Positions 18,828 through 27,590 of a DNA stretch of 64,000 nt are shown here, piece by piece. The position numbers and the translations under genes were made by a program. Origin of the DNA: Candidatus Chisholmbacteria bacterium RIFCSPHIGHO2_01_FULL_52_32. GTDB lineage: Bacteria > Patescibacteriota > Microgenomatia > UBA1400 > Chisholmbacteraceae. The stretch's first letter is position 1. Every line of letters begins with the position of its first letter. The stretch spans positions 426,971 through 490,970 of the forward strand of contig MHCJ01000003.1 in assembly GCA_001816585.1 (NCBI GenBank), given 5' to 3'. The notes below the pieces were generated by a model. It was not told the DNA's origin, did not search any database, and saw only the letters and a program-made list of their open reading frames with translations.

Positions 18828-19521
18828 GGGTTTTGAGAAGGGCGAATGCATAGCGGAGGGGATCCATCTTGGTTTTCCCGTAGGTTCTGGCCGGGTAGTA
18901 GACGGGAATCTCGATTACCAGGCATTTTTTTTTCTGAAGAACCACATGGAGCCGGAGTGCCCATTCGCCAAAACCACGAAAGATCCAGGAAAGCGGCATA
19001 TCGCGTAAGCGTTTGCTTTTGATGAGGATAAAACCGCTCAAATAATCGGTAATCGGCATTCCTAAGACGAGCTTCATCGCGTCGTTTAAAAATTGACTGC
19101 CAAGGAATCGCTCTTTTTCGTCCATTCCCCCACCGCTCATATAGCGGGAACCGCTCACCACGAGATTGGGATCCTCTTCTATGCGCTTGAACATCTCCGG
19201 AATATATTTTGGATGATGATTGAAGTCCGAATCCATGAGCAGGATGTACCTGGTGGTGGCCCTTCTGATCCCATAGAGAAGTGCAGATGCTAACCCTCTC
19301 TCCTTTTTCCGGATGGTCACTTTGACCGCAAGATTAGGTTTCGAGGCCTTTTTTGCGATCAATCCGGTTCCGTCCGGGCTGTCATCATCCACGACGTGGA
19401 TCGTTACCCTCCAGCCGGAGGGGCTCATCGCCTCTCCAATTGCACGAATCAATCGGGAAATATTCCCTGCCTCATTGTAGGTCGGGAGGATGACGGTGAC
19501 TGTTCTTTCGGATTTTCGCAT
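18793..19521 (-). CDS. Polyprenyl-phosphate sugar synthase, GT2 (DPM1/GtrB/CsbB-like)
   Basis: About 240 aa. VILPTYNEAGNI...HVVDDDSPDGT...LLMDSDFNHHP. It contains an A9 tract (QKKKC) near the C-terminus. Confidence 0.75.
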   Translation of the reverse strand: MRKSERTVTVILPTYNEAGNISRLIRAIGEAMSPSGWRVTIHVVDDDSPDGTGLIAKKASKPNLAVKVTIRKKERGLASALLYGIRRATTRYILLMDSDFNHHPKYIPEMFKRIEEDPNLVVSGSRYMSGGGMDEKERFLGSQFLNDAMKLVLGMPITDYLSGFILIKSKRLRDMPLSWIFRGFGEWALRLHVVLQKKKCLVIEIPVYYPARTYGKTKMDPLRYAFALLKTLIEVNFLVPKD

Positions 19522-19540
19522 TCGACGAACTTCTTTCTTT

Positions 19541-20179
19541 TTATCTCTTTACGGCTTTGATGCAGGTGTAGGTCCCAAGGCGTGTGAGGGGCCAGAAACT
19601 CCAATCAGGATCTTTGAACAACTTTGGAATGTACGGCACTGAGAGGTTTGTCGTCGTAATTACTGCGGGCTTGAGGTTCAGTTTTGTCAGAGCGCGCAGG
19701 AGAGACAGCGGTTCAATAAAATGCATATGATCCGAGGCTCCGAAATAGCTTTTCAGATTTTTCGCGTTTTGGGGGTTCGGAGCAAGTAACCAGTAACGCA
19801 GAAACCGAAAGACCCCGAACGGATTGGGTGTCGTCACGATGAGTGCCCCATTCTTTCTGAGAACCCGTACGGATTCTTCGAGTAAGTCGTTCCAATTGCT
19901 CACATGCTCAAGAATTTCTCCGAGGACTACCGTATCAACTGCATTTGGTTTTATTGGGAGTAAAAATCCACTGCCGACGATGCTCCCGGGAATTTCGTAG
20001 TGTAAAACCTTTTTTCTGACAATATCGATTCCCACTACTGTACTTCCGGGATTCTCCTGGCGGACCGCGAGATGGGCAGAAGGGGTTTCGTACGCACCTA
20101 CGAAGCCTATGTCAAGGATAATTTTCCCCCTCACGTTTTTCCTGAGCCAACTTAACCTCGGTGAGACGTAAGAAAACAT
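19541..20179 (-). CDS. Class I SAM-dependent methyltransferase
   Basis: ILDIGFVGAY, VLGEILEHV and RVLRKNGALIVTTPN. Confidence 0.75.
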   Translation of the reverse strand: MFSYVSPRLSWLRKNVRGKIILDIGFVGAYETPSAHLAVRQENPGSTVVGIDIVRKKVLHYEIPGSIVGSGFLLPIKPNAVDTVVLGEILEHVSNWNDLLEESVRVLRKNGALIVTTPNPFGVFRFLRYWLLAPNPQNAKNLKSYFGASDHMHFIEPLSLLRALTKLNLKPAVITTTNLSVPYIPKLFKDPDWSFWPLTRLGTYTCIKAVKR

Positions 20180-20227
20180 ATCTTGTATTATACAATTACG
20201 TAAAGCGTCATCTTTTCACTCGGCTAT
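20180..20227. promoter_or_regulatory. Divergent 48-nt intergenic region; a TGTATAAT (extended -10-like) sits 7 nt upstream of the minus-strand ATG at 20179
   Basis: The minus strand reads ...TTGTATAATACAAGAT-ATG. This suggests a leaderless or very short-leader transcript. Confidence 0.3.
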
Positions 20228-22084
20228 ATGATCGTGTTTATTCTCATCGTATTAATATATTGGTTGGGTCGGCAGATTATTGACCGCTGGTTTTGGCAGC
20301 TCCCTTTGCTCTACCGCGCGCCTGCTGCCTGGGGTCTCGGGTTTCTCCTCCTCTACCCATTAGGGGTCCTCAATATTTTTCTGTTTGAAGGTCAAACGCA
20401 TATCTACCAGAATCATATCGGAACCGGACTTGGTCTTTTGATTGCGGCGAACGTGGCACTCACGTTCCTTCGATACTTATCGCCTCTTCCCAAAAGAAGG
20501 GTACAGTCAAATGAAGGCCATCATCTCCCATTTGGCTTCTTCCTTCTTCTTCCTGCTGCTGCGTTTCTTCTGTTCCTCAATCTTGGGAAAGCCGATATCG
20601 CTTCCGATGAGCGGGAAATAGGCTATCGAGCGTATGACCTCGTCGATGGAATTAAGGCCGGCCGAACTGCCTACGCCATTTCGTTTAACGATCATGCGCC
20701 TCTCGGTAATTACATCCAGCATTTTGTCCTCAATGCACTCGAACCCAACGGATTTGAAAATCTTTCCGACGGGGAACTACGGTTTGCCGGAGCGTTTCTT
20801 GCTCTTCTTTCCCTTTGGGTTTTTGGGATAATCGCTGCGGACTGGTTCTCGCGGGAAACTGCGTTTCTTTCAAGTCTTCTGCTTGCCACTATGACCCCGT
20901 TCCTTTTTTCCGGCAGACTTGCCATTCCCCAGGACCTGTCATTTTGGAACTTTTACTTTTTGCTTTCTCTGTTGAGCTTTTCCTGGTGGTTTTCCACCCG
21001 GAAACGGCAGGCTCTTGTCCTTTCCGCAATCCTGACGGGAGCGTTTGCTCTGATTAAATTCACGGGCCTTGTCGTTCTTCCCCTCTATTTTATCTGGTGG
21101 CTTGCGTCCACTCGAATCTTCAGGCCTTCCTTGCGCTTTTTCGTTATCGTCCTTATCACCATCTCCCCTGTCATCTTTTTCAATATCGGCGCGTATATCA
21201 CCACAGGTTTCGTTGACGTTCCCACAGCTTTGGTTCTGCGTACATTCGGAATCCCTGTCAGGACATCGATGGCGTTTGAGAATATTTACGCCGGCAGAGG
21301 AAACAACCCCCTCTCCCTTCTTCCTCCGCTGGTTCTCACGCTATCGGATTTGTTCTACCCTGTTTTATTATTCTCTCTGCTCTTTCTGGGGATAGTTGGC
21401 TTTTTCAGATTCCGTAACTTACCCCGTTCTTTTTGGATATTTTTCTCCGCCTTTTGTGCCTTTTTGTTTTTCTTTCTTTTTACCGGATTTCGCACATACT
21501 ACCTGACGTTCACTGCGTTTGGCTTGGTTGCTATGGCTGCCTCCGGTATTGCCCTCTTCCGTCTGCCTATTCGACGGTTGGTTGTCGCGATCCTGGCTAT
21601 CGCCTCACTTGGCTACGGCCTCTCGTCTCTGCACTTCCTTAAGGGTCCGCAGATCCTTACGGGAGGAGAGTACGGACGGTCGTCAGAAGCTATTCCACCG
21701 TTTACGGTTTCGAGAACGTATTCTCTTTCAATCCGACAGTGGCTCAATGCCGTTGGCTGGAAAGAGGTCAAGAAGAAGGCTTCAACGATTGTCGGCAACC
21801 GCGTGCTCGTGGTTGACCAGCGTCTCAATTCCGAACGAGCGTTTTGGTACCTCCAGTTTAACCCCGTACGCGCTCATTTCGACCCGACCTATCAACCCCC
21901 CATCCGTATGCTCTTTTCCTCCGATTTTCACTGTAATGAAGCGTTCATCGTGCTCGCATTACCTTCGAGCTCTTCACTCTGCAATACGACTCTCTATCCT
22001 TTGGAAATTATCACTTCGATTTACGGAGAACCCGGTCTTACCTTCTTCGGAGTCCGTGAGGATGTGTTCGTTCTCAAGAAATAA
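20228..22084 (+). CDS. GT-C glycosyltransferase, ArnT/PMT-like (GT39/GT83-type)
   Basis: 618 aa with about 12 or more TM helices. First-loop motif IASDEREIGYRAYDL (the DE..YA motif of ArnT/PMT enzymes). Confidence 0.6.
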   Translation: MIVFILIVLIYWLGRQIIDRWFWQLPLLYRAPAAWGLGFLLLYPLGVLNIFLFEGQTHIYQNHIGTGLGLLIAANVALTFLRYLSPLPKRRVQSNEGHHLPFGFFLLLPAAAFLLFLNLGKADIASDEREIGYRAYDLVDGIKAGRTAYAISFNDHAPLGNYIQHFVLNALEPNGFENLSDGELRFAGAFLALLSLWVFGIIAADWFSRETAFLSSLLLATMTPFLFSGRLAIPQDLSFWNFYFLLSLLSFSWWFSTRKRQALVLSAILTGAFALIKFTGLVVLPLYFIWWLASTRIFRPSLRFFVIVLITISPVIFFNIGAYITTGFVDVPTALVLRTFGIPVRTSMAFENIYAGRGNNPLSLLPPLVLTLSDLFYPVLLFSLLFLGIVGFFRFRNLPRSFWIFFSAFCAFLFFFLFTGFRTYYLTFTAFGLVAMAASGIALFRLPIRRLVVAILAIASLGYGLSSLHFLKGPQILTGGEYGRSSEAIPPFTVSRTYSLSIRQWLNAVGWKEVKKKASTIVGNRVLVVDQRLNSERAFWYLQFNPVRAHFDPTYQPPIRMLFSSDFHCNEAFIVLALPSSSSLCNTTLYPLEIITSIYGEPGLTFFGVREDVFVLKK

Positions 22085-23219
22085 CGAGCTGGGCAAACCT
22101 TGAAACGACTTTTCTCATCTCAAATTCCTTAACCCTCGTTTTCCCCTCTTTGATCAGTTCTTCGCGGAGTACCGGGTTTTTGAGGATAGTCGCGACAGCG
22201 CTCCCAAGCTTTTCAACGACCGCATTTTCTTTATGTTGCGGGATGAGCAAACGCTGCTGTTTTTTCGTGAGCACTGCTCTTGCACCAATCGTGTCGGTTG
22301 CTACGATCGGAACCTCCATGGCCATTGCTTCGAGAAAAACCCGTCCGAATTCTTCCGTGCGCGAGGGCATGATGAGGACGTCTGCAACTGCAAGGTATTG
22401 CGGGATTTTTTGATTCGGAACCGGACCGACCACCGTTCCTGTATCCCCAAGCGTTCCTTTCCGAAATTCGACTTTCAATGACTCCAAGAGAGGACCGCCG
22501 CCAACGATAAGAAGCTGTGCATTTCCCAATTTGGTCTTTAATAATCTTGCGAAGTCGGGTAACCGATCTGCTCCTTTCCTTTCAGACAGGTGGTGAAGGA
22601 AGAGCACTACCTTTTTACCGTTGAGGTTGAAGCGCTTCCGAAGTTCATCGGTTGAAACGTTTTCTTTCTTAAACCTTGAGAGGTTAATCCAGTTCGGGAT
22701 GACGAGAATCTTTCTTCGGTCGACACCGCAGCTTTTCTCAAAGTATATCTTCATCGCTTCGGAGCAGGTCACTAGGCGGTCAATTGCCTTCAGAGCAATT
22801 CTCCAGGGCCAGTCTTTCGTGAGCTTCACTTGAAGGTTTTTAATATTGAGTGGTTGTTCGTATAAGTGAAGTTTCACGCACAGCCAAAGGTAGGTCTTCC
22901 CACCAAAAAGGGTTGTCACGCATTTCGCGATCAGGCTGCTTACGACGGCATAATGACAGTAAAACGTCTTGTATCCAGCCAAGCGGAGTGTCAGGAACAC
23001 CAAGAACCGTTCGAGCAACCGCAGGGGTAAGACATGCATCCGCTGTCTATAGCATCCTACGTTACTGCTGATGTCCCCACTCCCTGCCCAAGTTTCGGCA
23101 AAAAGAAACACCTCATATCTTTTCCCGATTTCCTCAATCCCCTCGTAGATATGCGGGTAGTGAGAGCTTTCCCTCAAGTCGAAACGGGGAATGACGAAGC
23201 AGATTTTTTGTTTCTTCAT
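22074..23219 (-). CDS. Glycosyltransferase family 4
   Basis: KICFVIPRFD..., C-terminal VADVLIMPSRTEEFGRVFLEAMAMEVPIVATD. Confidence 0.8.
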   Translation of the reverse strand: MKKQKICFVIPRFDLRESSHYPHIYEGIEEIGKRYEVFLFAETWAGSGDISSNVGCYRQRMHVLPLRLLERFLVFLTLRLAGYKTFYCHYAVVSSLIAKCVTTLFGGKTYLWLCVKLHLYEQPLNIKNLQVKLTKDWPWRIALKAIDRLVTCSEAMKIYFEKSCGVDRRKILVIPNWINLSRFKKENVSTDELRKRFNLNGKKVVLFLHHLSERKGADRLPDFARLLKTKLGNAQLLIVGGGPLLESLKVEFRKGTLGDTGTVVGPVPNQKIPQYLAVADVLIMPSRTEEFGRVFLEAMAMEVPIVATDTIGARAVLTKKQQRLLIPQHKENAVVEKLGSAVATILKNPVLREELIKEGKTRVKEFEMRKVVSRFAQLVIS

Positions 23220-25102
23220 CGTTTCTGGGCTGCAATCATCATTAACGAGCCAAACTCTTTATAACCGGGAATCCAACCTGTCTTCTCATCAACTGCCGTT
23301 AACAGGCGATAGACGGGAAGAGGAATGTCTTTGATGAAGGTTTGTACGAGAGTTACCAACTGACGCTTTAGAGAGATGTGTTTGAGGATAAAGCCGCTTT
23401 CGATAAGCTGTCGAGTGACCATACGGTGGTTGATCAGACATTCACGGGGGTCGTCGGGTGCCGGAATCGCCTTCGTTCTGTCCCGGTAAAAGAGGAAACG
23501 GAAGGAATTGTGCTCGATCAAAAGGAGCATGCCTCTAGGTTTTAAGATCCTGCAGCTTTCTCGGATTGCTTTGTCGGTGTTTAAGGTGTGGTGGAGCGAA
23601 GCGATGAAAACGACCGCATCGGCTGAATCGGCCCGAATCGGAAGCTTATCCATGTCTCCGACAAGATTGGTGTTGAGCGAAAGCGATCTGCGGAGTTTTA
23701 CCATCAGGGTTGAGATATCCAAGCCCACAACTGACAGCCCCCCGAGCTCCTGTTTTACGATCGCCATCACCACGCCTGCGCCGCCACCGATATCGACCAC
23801 TTTTTGGTCTTTTTTGATATACCCCCGGAGCCATTGGACAAGTTTCGGATAGTAAACGATTTTGGATGCATCCGTCTTCGATTTCTCAATCTCCAATTGC
23901 GAGGAATCGTAATGCGCGATATTTGCCCGTTTCATCGCGGCAGGGCCATCGCGCTTTTTCGTTTCAATGAGAACGTCGATCCATTGTTTTTCCGGTCTCT
24001 GATGAAGCATTGCCAGAGCCTTTTTTTTCACTTCCCTTCCGAAGCTCTCCCGTAAAGGCGCATCTTCCAAAAGGGCCCTCATTTTTCTTGCCAGGGCTGC
24101 TTCATCGCCCGGCTCGACCAAGAATCCGTTCCTGCCTGGCTCTACAAGATCCTGTGCCCCGCTCACCCTTGTTGCAATGACGGGTAGACCCATCAGCATC
24201 GCCTCGAGGAGAGCGATGCTTGACCCTTCGTATTTCGATGATGAAACATAGACCTTTGAGCGTGCGAGCGCATCAATCACTCCTTTTTGTGCGCACTCGC
24301 CAGCAAACCGGATGTTCGCTGTAAGATCCAATCTTTCGGTTTGCCGTTTAAGTATTTCAAGCCTCGGACCGGCTCCAATGATCTGAACGTTGAGGTTCGG
24401 GATATTCCCCTTCAGTTTTGCCAGTGCTTCGATGAGAGTCGGGAAGTCTTTCTGTTCGGTCAGGTTCCCTGTGCTTATTATGTGAATATCCTTCTTTGGG
24501 CTGGCTTTTTTGAGGAAATTTGTTGAGGGCGGGACGATGACCGTATGGATCGGAATTCCGGGAGGAACGAATGTTCGAACAGATTGTTCAATACTTCTTG
24601 TCACTGTCCTGATGCTGTCCGCTTTCCTTAATAACCATTTTCCCAGATGAAAAAATGCTCTGTTCTCAAATGATTCCGTCCTCCATGCCAGGCTACTGAA
24701 GTAATCGTTGTGAACCTGGATATTTACCGGAACCCTCCATTTGGCCTTCAAAAGAAGGGCTATTGCGGCACAGATAAATGGATCTTGGGCACTTACGACA
24801 TCGACTTTCTTCTGACTGAAGAGTTTCGCCGCAATGCGAAGTGCATCGGTTGTATACCACCACCGTGAACCGGAGTTTGTCGGTACAATTGTGAGGTTTC
24901 CCTTACGTACCTCATGGGTTATTCCGTCTCTTTTTTTGGTCAACACGATGATGTCAAGATGCCCAAGCTGTGAGGCGTACCGACGATGGCGATTTATGGA
25001 GTCTCCCGATTTAGGCAGAAGAAGATTCTTCTCTAAGGAGATGAACAAGACGTTCAATGTTGGTTCTCCAACCGAATCTTTGTTGTGCGTTTCTTTTTGC
25101 AT
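23216..25102 (-). CDS. Bifunctional glycosyltransferase family 4 / class I SAM methyltransferase fusion
   Basis: N-terminal GT4, about 370 aa (SSSKYEGSSIALLEAMLMGLPVIATRVSGAQDLV). C-terminal MTase, about 250 aa (VVDIGGGAGVV...VVFIASLHH...LKPRGMLLL). Its 5' end overlaps the upstream gene by 92 nt, so the start is uncertain. Confidence 0.75.
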   Translation of the reverse strand: MQKETHNKDSVGEPTLNVLFISLEKNLLLPKSGDSINRHRRYASQLGHLDIIVLTKKRDGITHEVRKGNLTIVPTNSGSRWWYTTDALRIAAKLFSQKKVDVVSAQDPFICAAIALLLKAKWRVPVNIQVHNDYFSSLAWRTESFENRAFFHLGKWLLRKADSIRTVTRSIEQSVRTFVPPGIPIHTVIVPPSTNFLKKASPKKDIHIISTGNLTEQKDFPTLIEALAKLKGNIPNLNVQIIGAGPRLEILKRQTERLDLTANIRFAGECAQKGVIDALARSKVYVSSSKYEGSSIALLEAMLMGLPVIATRVSGAQDLVEPGRNGFLVEPGDEAALARKMRALLEDAPLRESFGREVKKKALAMLHQRPEKQWIDVLIETKKRDGPAAMKRANIAHYDSSQLEIEKSKTDASKIVYYPKLVQWLRGYIKKDQKVVDIGGGAGVVMAIVKQELGGLSVVGLDISTLMVKLRRSLSLNTNLVGDMDKLPIRADSADAVVFIASLHHTLNTDKAIRESCRILKPRGMLLLIEHNSFRFLFYRDRTKAIPAPDDPRECLINHRMVTRQLIESGFILKHISLKRQLVTLVQTFIKDIPLPVYRLLTAVDEKTGWIPGYKEFGSLMMIAAQKR

Positions 25103-26174
25103 TCAGTTTTATTTGTTTGGTCAATTCCTCATCAGTTAACATCCTTTTTATCGCGTCTGAAAGGTCTTCCGTCGCTGTCTTTGTCAGGAGTCCTGTCTTT
25201 TCATGCTCGATCACTTCTCTGTTCCCAGGAATATCTGAGGCAACCACCGGAACTTCGGAGAGCATTGCCTCGATTATAGCATGGGATAATCCCTCGTAAC
25301 TTGAGACGAGAACGAAGATTTTTACCATTCTCAACCGTTGCAAATAGGTCTCTCTTTCAAGCCGTCCGACCAGTTTCACCTTCTTTGAAAGATTCAACGT
25401 GTTGATCATCTCCAGTAATTCCTTTGTGGCGTTTCCGTCACCAATGATTTGGAGCTCGAGTGTCTTGGCAAGATCTTTCGGTACTCGTTTGAGAAGGTCG
25501 TTAAATGCCGAGATGAGAAGCCCAAACCGTTTATGCGGAACAAGTCTTCCGGAGCTCAGGATTATGGTTCTTTTGCTCTGGGTAATTCTTTTTGGTCTTT
25601 GGATTTCTACCGCATTATTAATAACCTCGATTTTTGATTCCTCAATCCCGTAAAACTTCGTTACGATGTTTTTTAAATACACCGATGGAACAACGATCTT
25701 TTTGGCAGTCTTTAAACTCTGTTTTTGCAACCATTGCGCAACTAGAAAAAACAGTGGTTTCCTTGATGCTCCCAGAAATTCCTCCAGCTTGAGATTTGTC
25801 ATTCCTTTGCGGTGGGCCTCCTCCCAAACCTCGTCACCGACAAACTTGAGTATCAGTGGTTTTCCGGTGAGTTTTGCGATGAGCGCTGATGCAAACCCGA
25901 CCACAACAGCTCCTTGGGTATAGATCACATCGTTTCTCCTTGCTTCTTTACCTATTGCTGAAGCCAGCGCTGTTTGCCTTCGGATTGTTCCAAAAAATTC
26001 ATTATGAAGCGGAACCGCCATAATCTTTACCGCCTCAACTTTCTTCGGCTTCACTCCGAAGGTAACGATTGTCAGTTCGTGCTTTCCGGCAAGTCTTTTG
26101 GCAAGGTCGAAAGTATAGGTTGCCGGTCCGCCGATCTGGGGAGGGAAGATGGGAGTCACGATCAATATCTTCAT
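25011..26174 (-). CDS. Glycosyltransferase family 4
   Basis: KILIVTPIFPPQIGGPATY; C-terminal EGLSHAIIEAMLSEVPVVASDIPGNREVI. Confidence 0.8.
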   Translation of the reverse strand: MKILIVTPIFPPQIGGPATYTFDLAKRLAGKHELTIVTFGVKPKKVEAVKIMAVPLHNEFFGTIRRQTALASAIGKEARRNDVIYTQGAVVVGFASALIAKLTGKPLILKFVGDEVWEEAHRKGMTNLKLEEFLGASRKPLFFLVAQWLQKQSLKTAKKIVVPSVYLKNIVTKFYGIEESKIEVINNAVEIQRPKRITQSKRTIILSSGRLVPHKRFGLLISAFNDLLKRVPKDLAKTLELQIIGDGNATKELLEMINTLNLSKKVKLVGRLERETYLQRLRMVKIFVLVSSYEGLSHAIIEAMLSEVPVVASDIPGNREVIEHEKTGLLTKTATEDLSDAIKRMLTDEELTKQIKLNAKRNAQQRFGWRTNIERLVHLLREESSSA

Positions 26175-26194
26175 GGTTAAGTTGAAAAAAAAGC

Positions 26195-27385
26195 TTAGGA
26201 TACCCTCCCATCGGATATTGATGTAAGCATGTTTTCCACCTGATCGGTAATATGATCCCAGGTGTATCGCTTTTGAACCAGTATTCGTCCGTTGGTTCGA
26301 TGCTTTTGGTACAGCGCGGCATCCGTAAGAATGCGCTCCATTGCTTTGGCCGCCTCCTTTGGGCGGTCCGGTTCAACGAGGAGTCCGGTTTCCCCGTCAT
26401 TGATAAAATCCGTGATGCCGCCAATCGGAGTTGCGATGACCGGAAGCCCAATTGCCATTGCCTCCAAGAACGATACGCCAAAACCTTCCTTCCGTGAAAG
26501 CCTGATAAACAGATCGGCACCTGCAAGGAGTTGCGGAATTTTCCGATTTTCTACTCTCCCAAGAAGCTTGACCTTTTGCTCCAATTTGTACTTTGAGATT
26601 TGTAATTTGAGATTGTTATAGAGTGGTCCGTCCCCCGCGATGACGAGTTCCCAGTTGAGCGAGGATGGAAGCAAATAAACCGCATCAATCAGCGTGTCTA
26701 GGCCATTTCTCGGTATCAAAGCGGATGTGGTTATAATCCTTACCCTTCTCTTAACTTTTAACTTTTCACTTTTCACTTCCTCGACCTGAGCTCGGTACGA
26801 AGGTTTGAACTTTGTCGTGTCCACTCCGTTGGGAATGATAACCGACCGTCTTGCACCGAGTTTGTCCGCCTGTTCCTTCGCATACCGACTAACACAGGCA
26901 ACGACATCGGCCCGCTTGAGCGCAAAAGACACTAAAGGAGTGAGCAGGTTCGGGAGTAGATTCTTAAACGGAATCAGGCCTTTCATCACCAACTCTTCCT
27001 TGTAGTCGAGGGGATTCTGGGCCGTCATATAGAGCGGCCTTTTCAAGTGCCCGGCAAGGATGGCCGCCACGACCCCTTGAGGGAATACCTGCTTTGCCCA
27101 GACGAGATCAATGCTCTTGCCCCGGAGTACTCTCTTGATTTGGATGGGAGCAAACATGATATAGGAAAGTCCATAGAGATTGGGGATTTCCGGAAATTTG
27201 ATGGGGTGGATCGTTACGTTATGCGGAAACGTTTTTGCAATTTCGGTGGAATGACCAACAAAGACATCGAATGTGTGATCTCTCTCCGCTAACCGTTTGA
27301 TCAGCTCAACTACATGAACCTCAGCTCCACCAAGCCGTTCAGGGAGAAGATCAGCAGCAACCACAGCAATATGCATACTTTGCAT
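26195..27385 (-). CDS. Glycosyltransferase family 4
   Basis: HIAVVAADLLPERLGGAEVHV; C-terminal EGFGVSFLEAMAIGLPVIATPIGGITDFI. Confidence 0.8.
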   Translation of the reverse strand: MQSMHIAVVAADLLPERLGGAEVHVVELIKRLAERDHTFDVFVGHSTEIAKTFPHNVTIHPIKFPEIPNLYGLSYIMFAPIQIKRVLRGKSIDLVWAKQVFPQGVVAAILAGHLKRPLYMTAQNPLDYKEELVMKGLIPFKNLLPNLLTPLVSFALKRADVVACVSRYAKEQADKLGARRSVIIPNGVDTTKFKPSYRAQVEEVKSEKLKVKRRVRIITTSALIPRNGLDTLIDAVYLLPSSLNWELVIAGDGPLYNNLKLQISKYKLEQKVKLLGRVENRKIPQLLAGADLFIRLSRKEGFGVSFLEAMAIGLPVIATPIGGITDFINDGETGLLVEPDRPKEAAKAMERILTDAALYQKHRTNGRILVQKRYTWDHITDQVENMLTSISDGRVS

Positions 27386-27416
27386 TGTACCACTCGATAA
27401 GATGAGGGGCTTTTGT

Positions 27417-27590
27417 CTATTCTTCCTTGAAGTCTTTGGGGAGCATGATGGGGATGCCGTCTTTCACTTCAAAAACGCGTTTGCACTTTACGCACTTGAG
27501 ACTTTCTTTCTTCCCCTTTTTCGTGTACTTGATATCTCCGTGATCATCGGGACAAGCAAGAATCTCCAAAAGCGTTTTATCGAGCGGCAT
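27417..27590 (-). CDS. Trm112/YcaR-like (DUF343) small zinc-ribbon protein, 57 aa, absent from the ORF track
   Basis: My own translation of the minus strand gives MPLDKTLLEILACPDDHGDIKYTKKGKKESLKCVKCKRVFEVKDGIPIMLPKDFKEE. This is the classic LLeiLaCP....C..C...ypi.dGIPvmL Trm112 pattern. ATG at 27590 and TAG at 27417. It overlaps the upstream GT4 stop by 14 nt. Confidence 0.6.
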   Translation of the reverse strand: MPLDKTLLEILACPDDHGDIKYTKKGKKESLKCVKCKRVFEVKDGIPIMLPKDFKEE

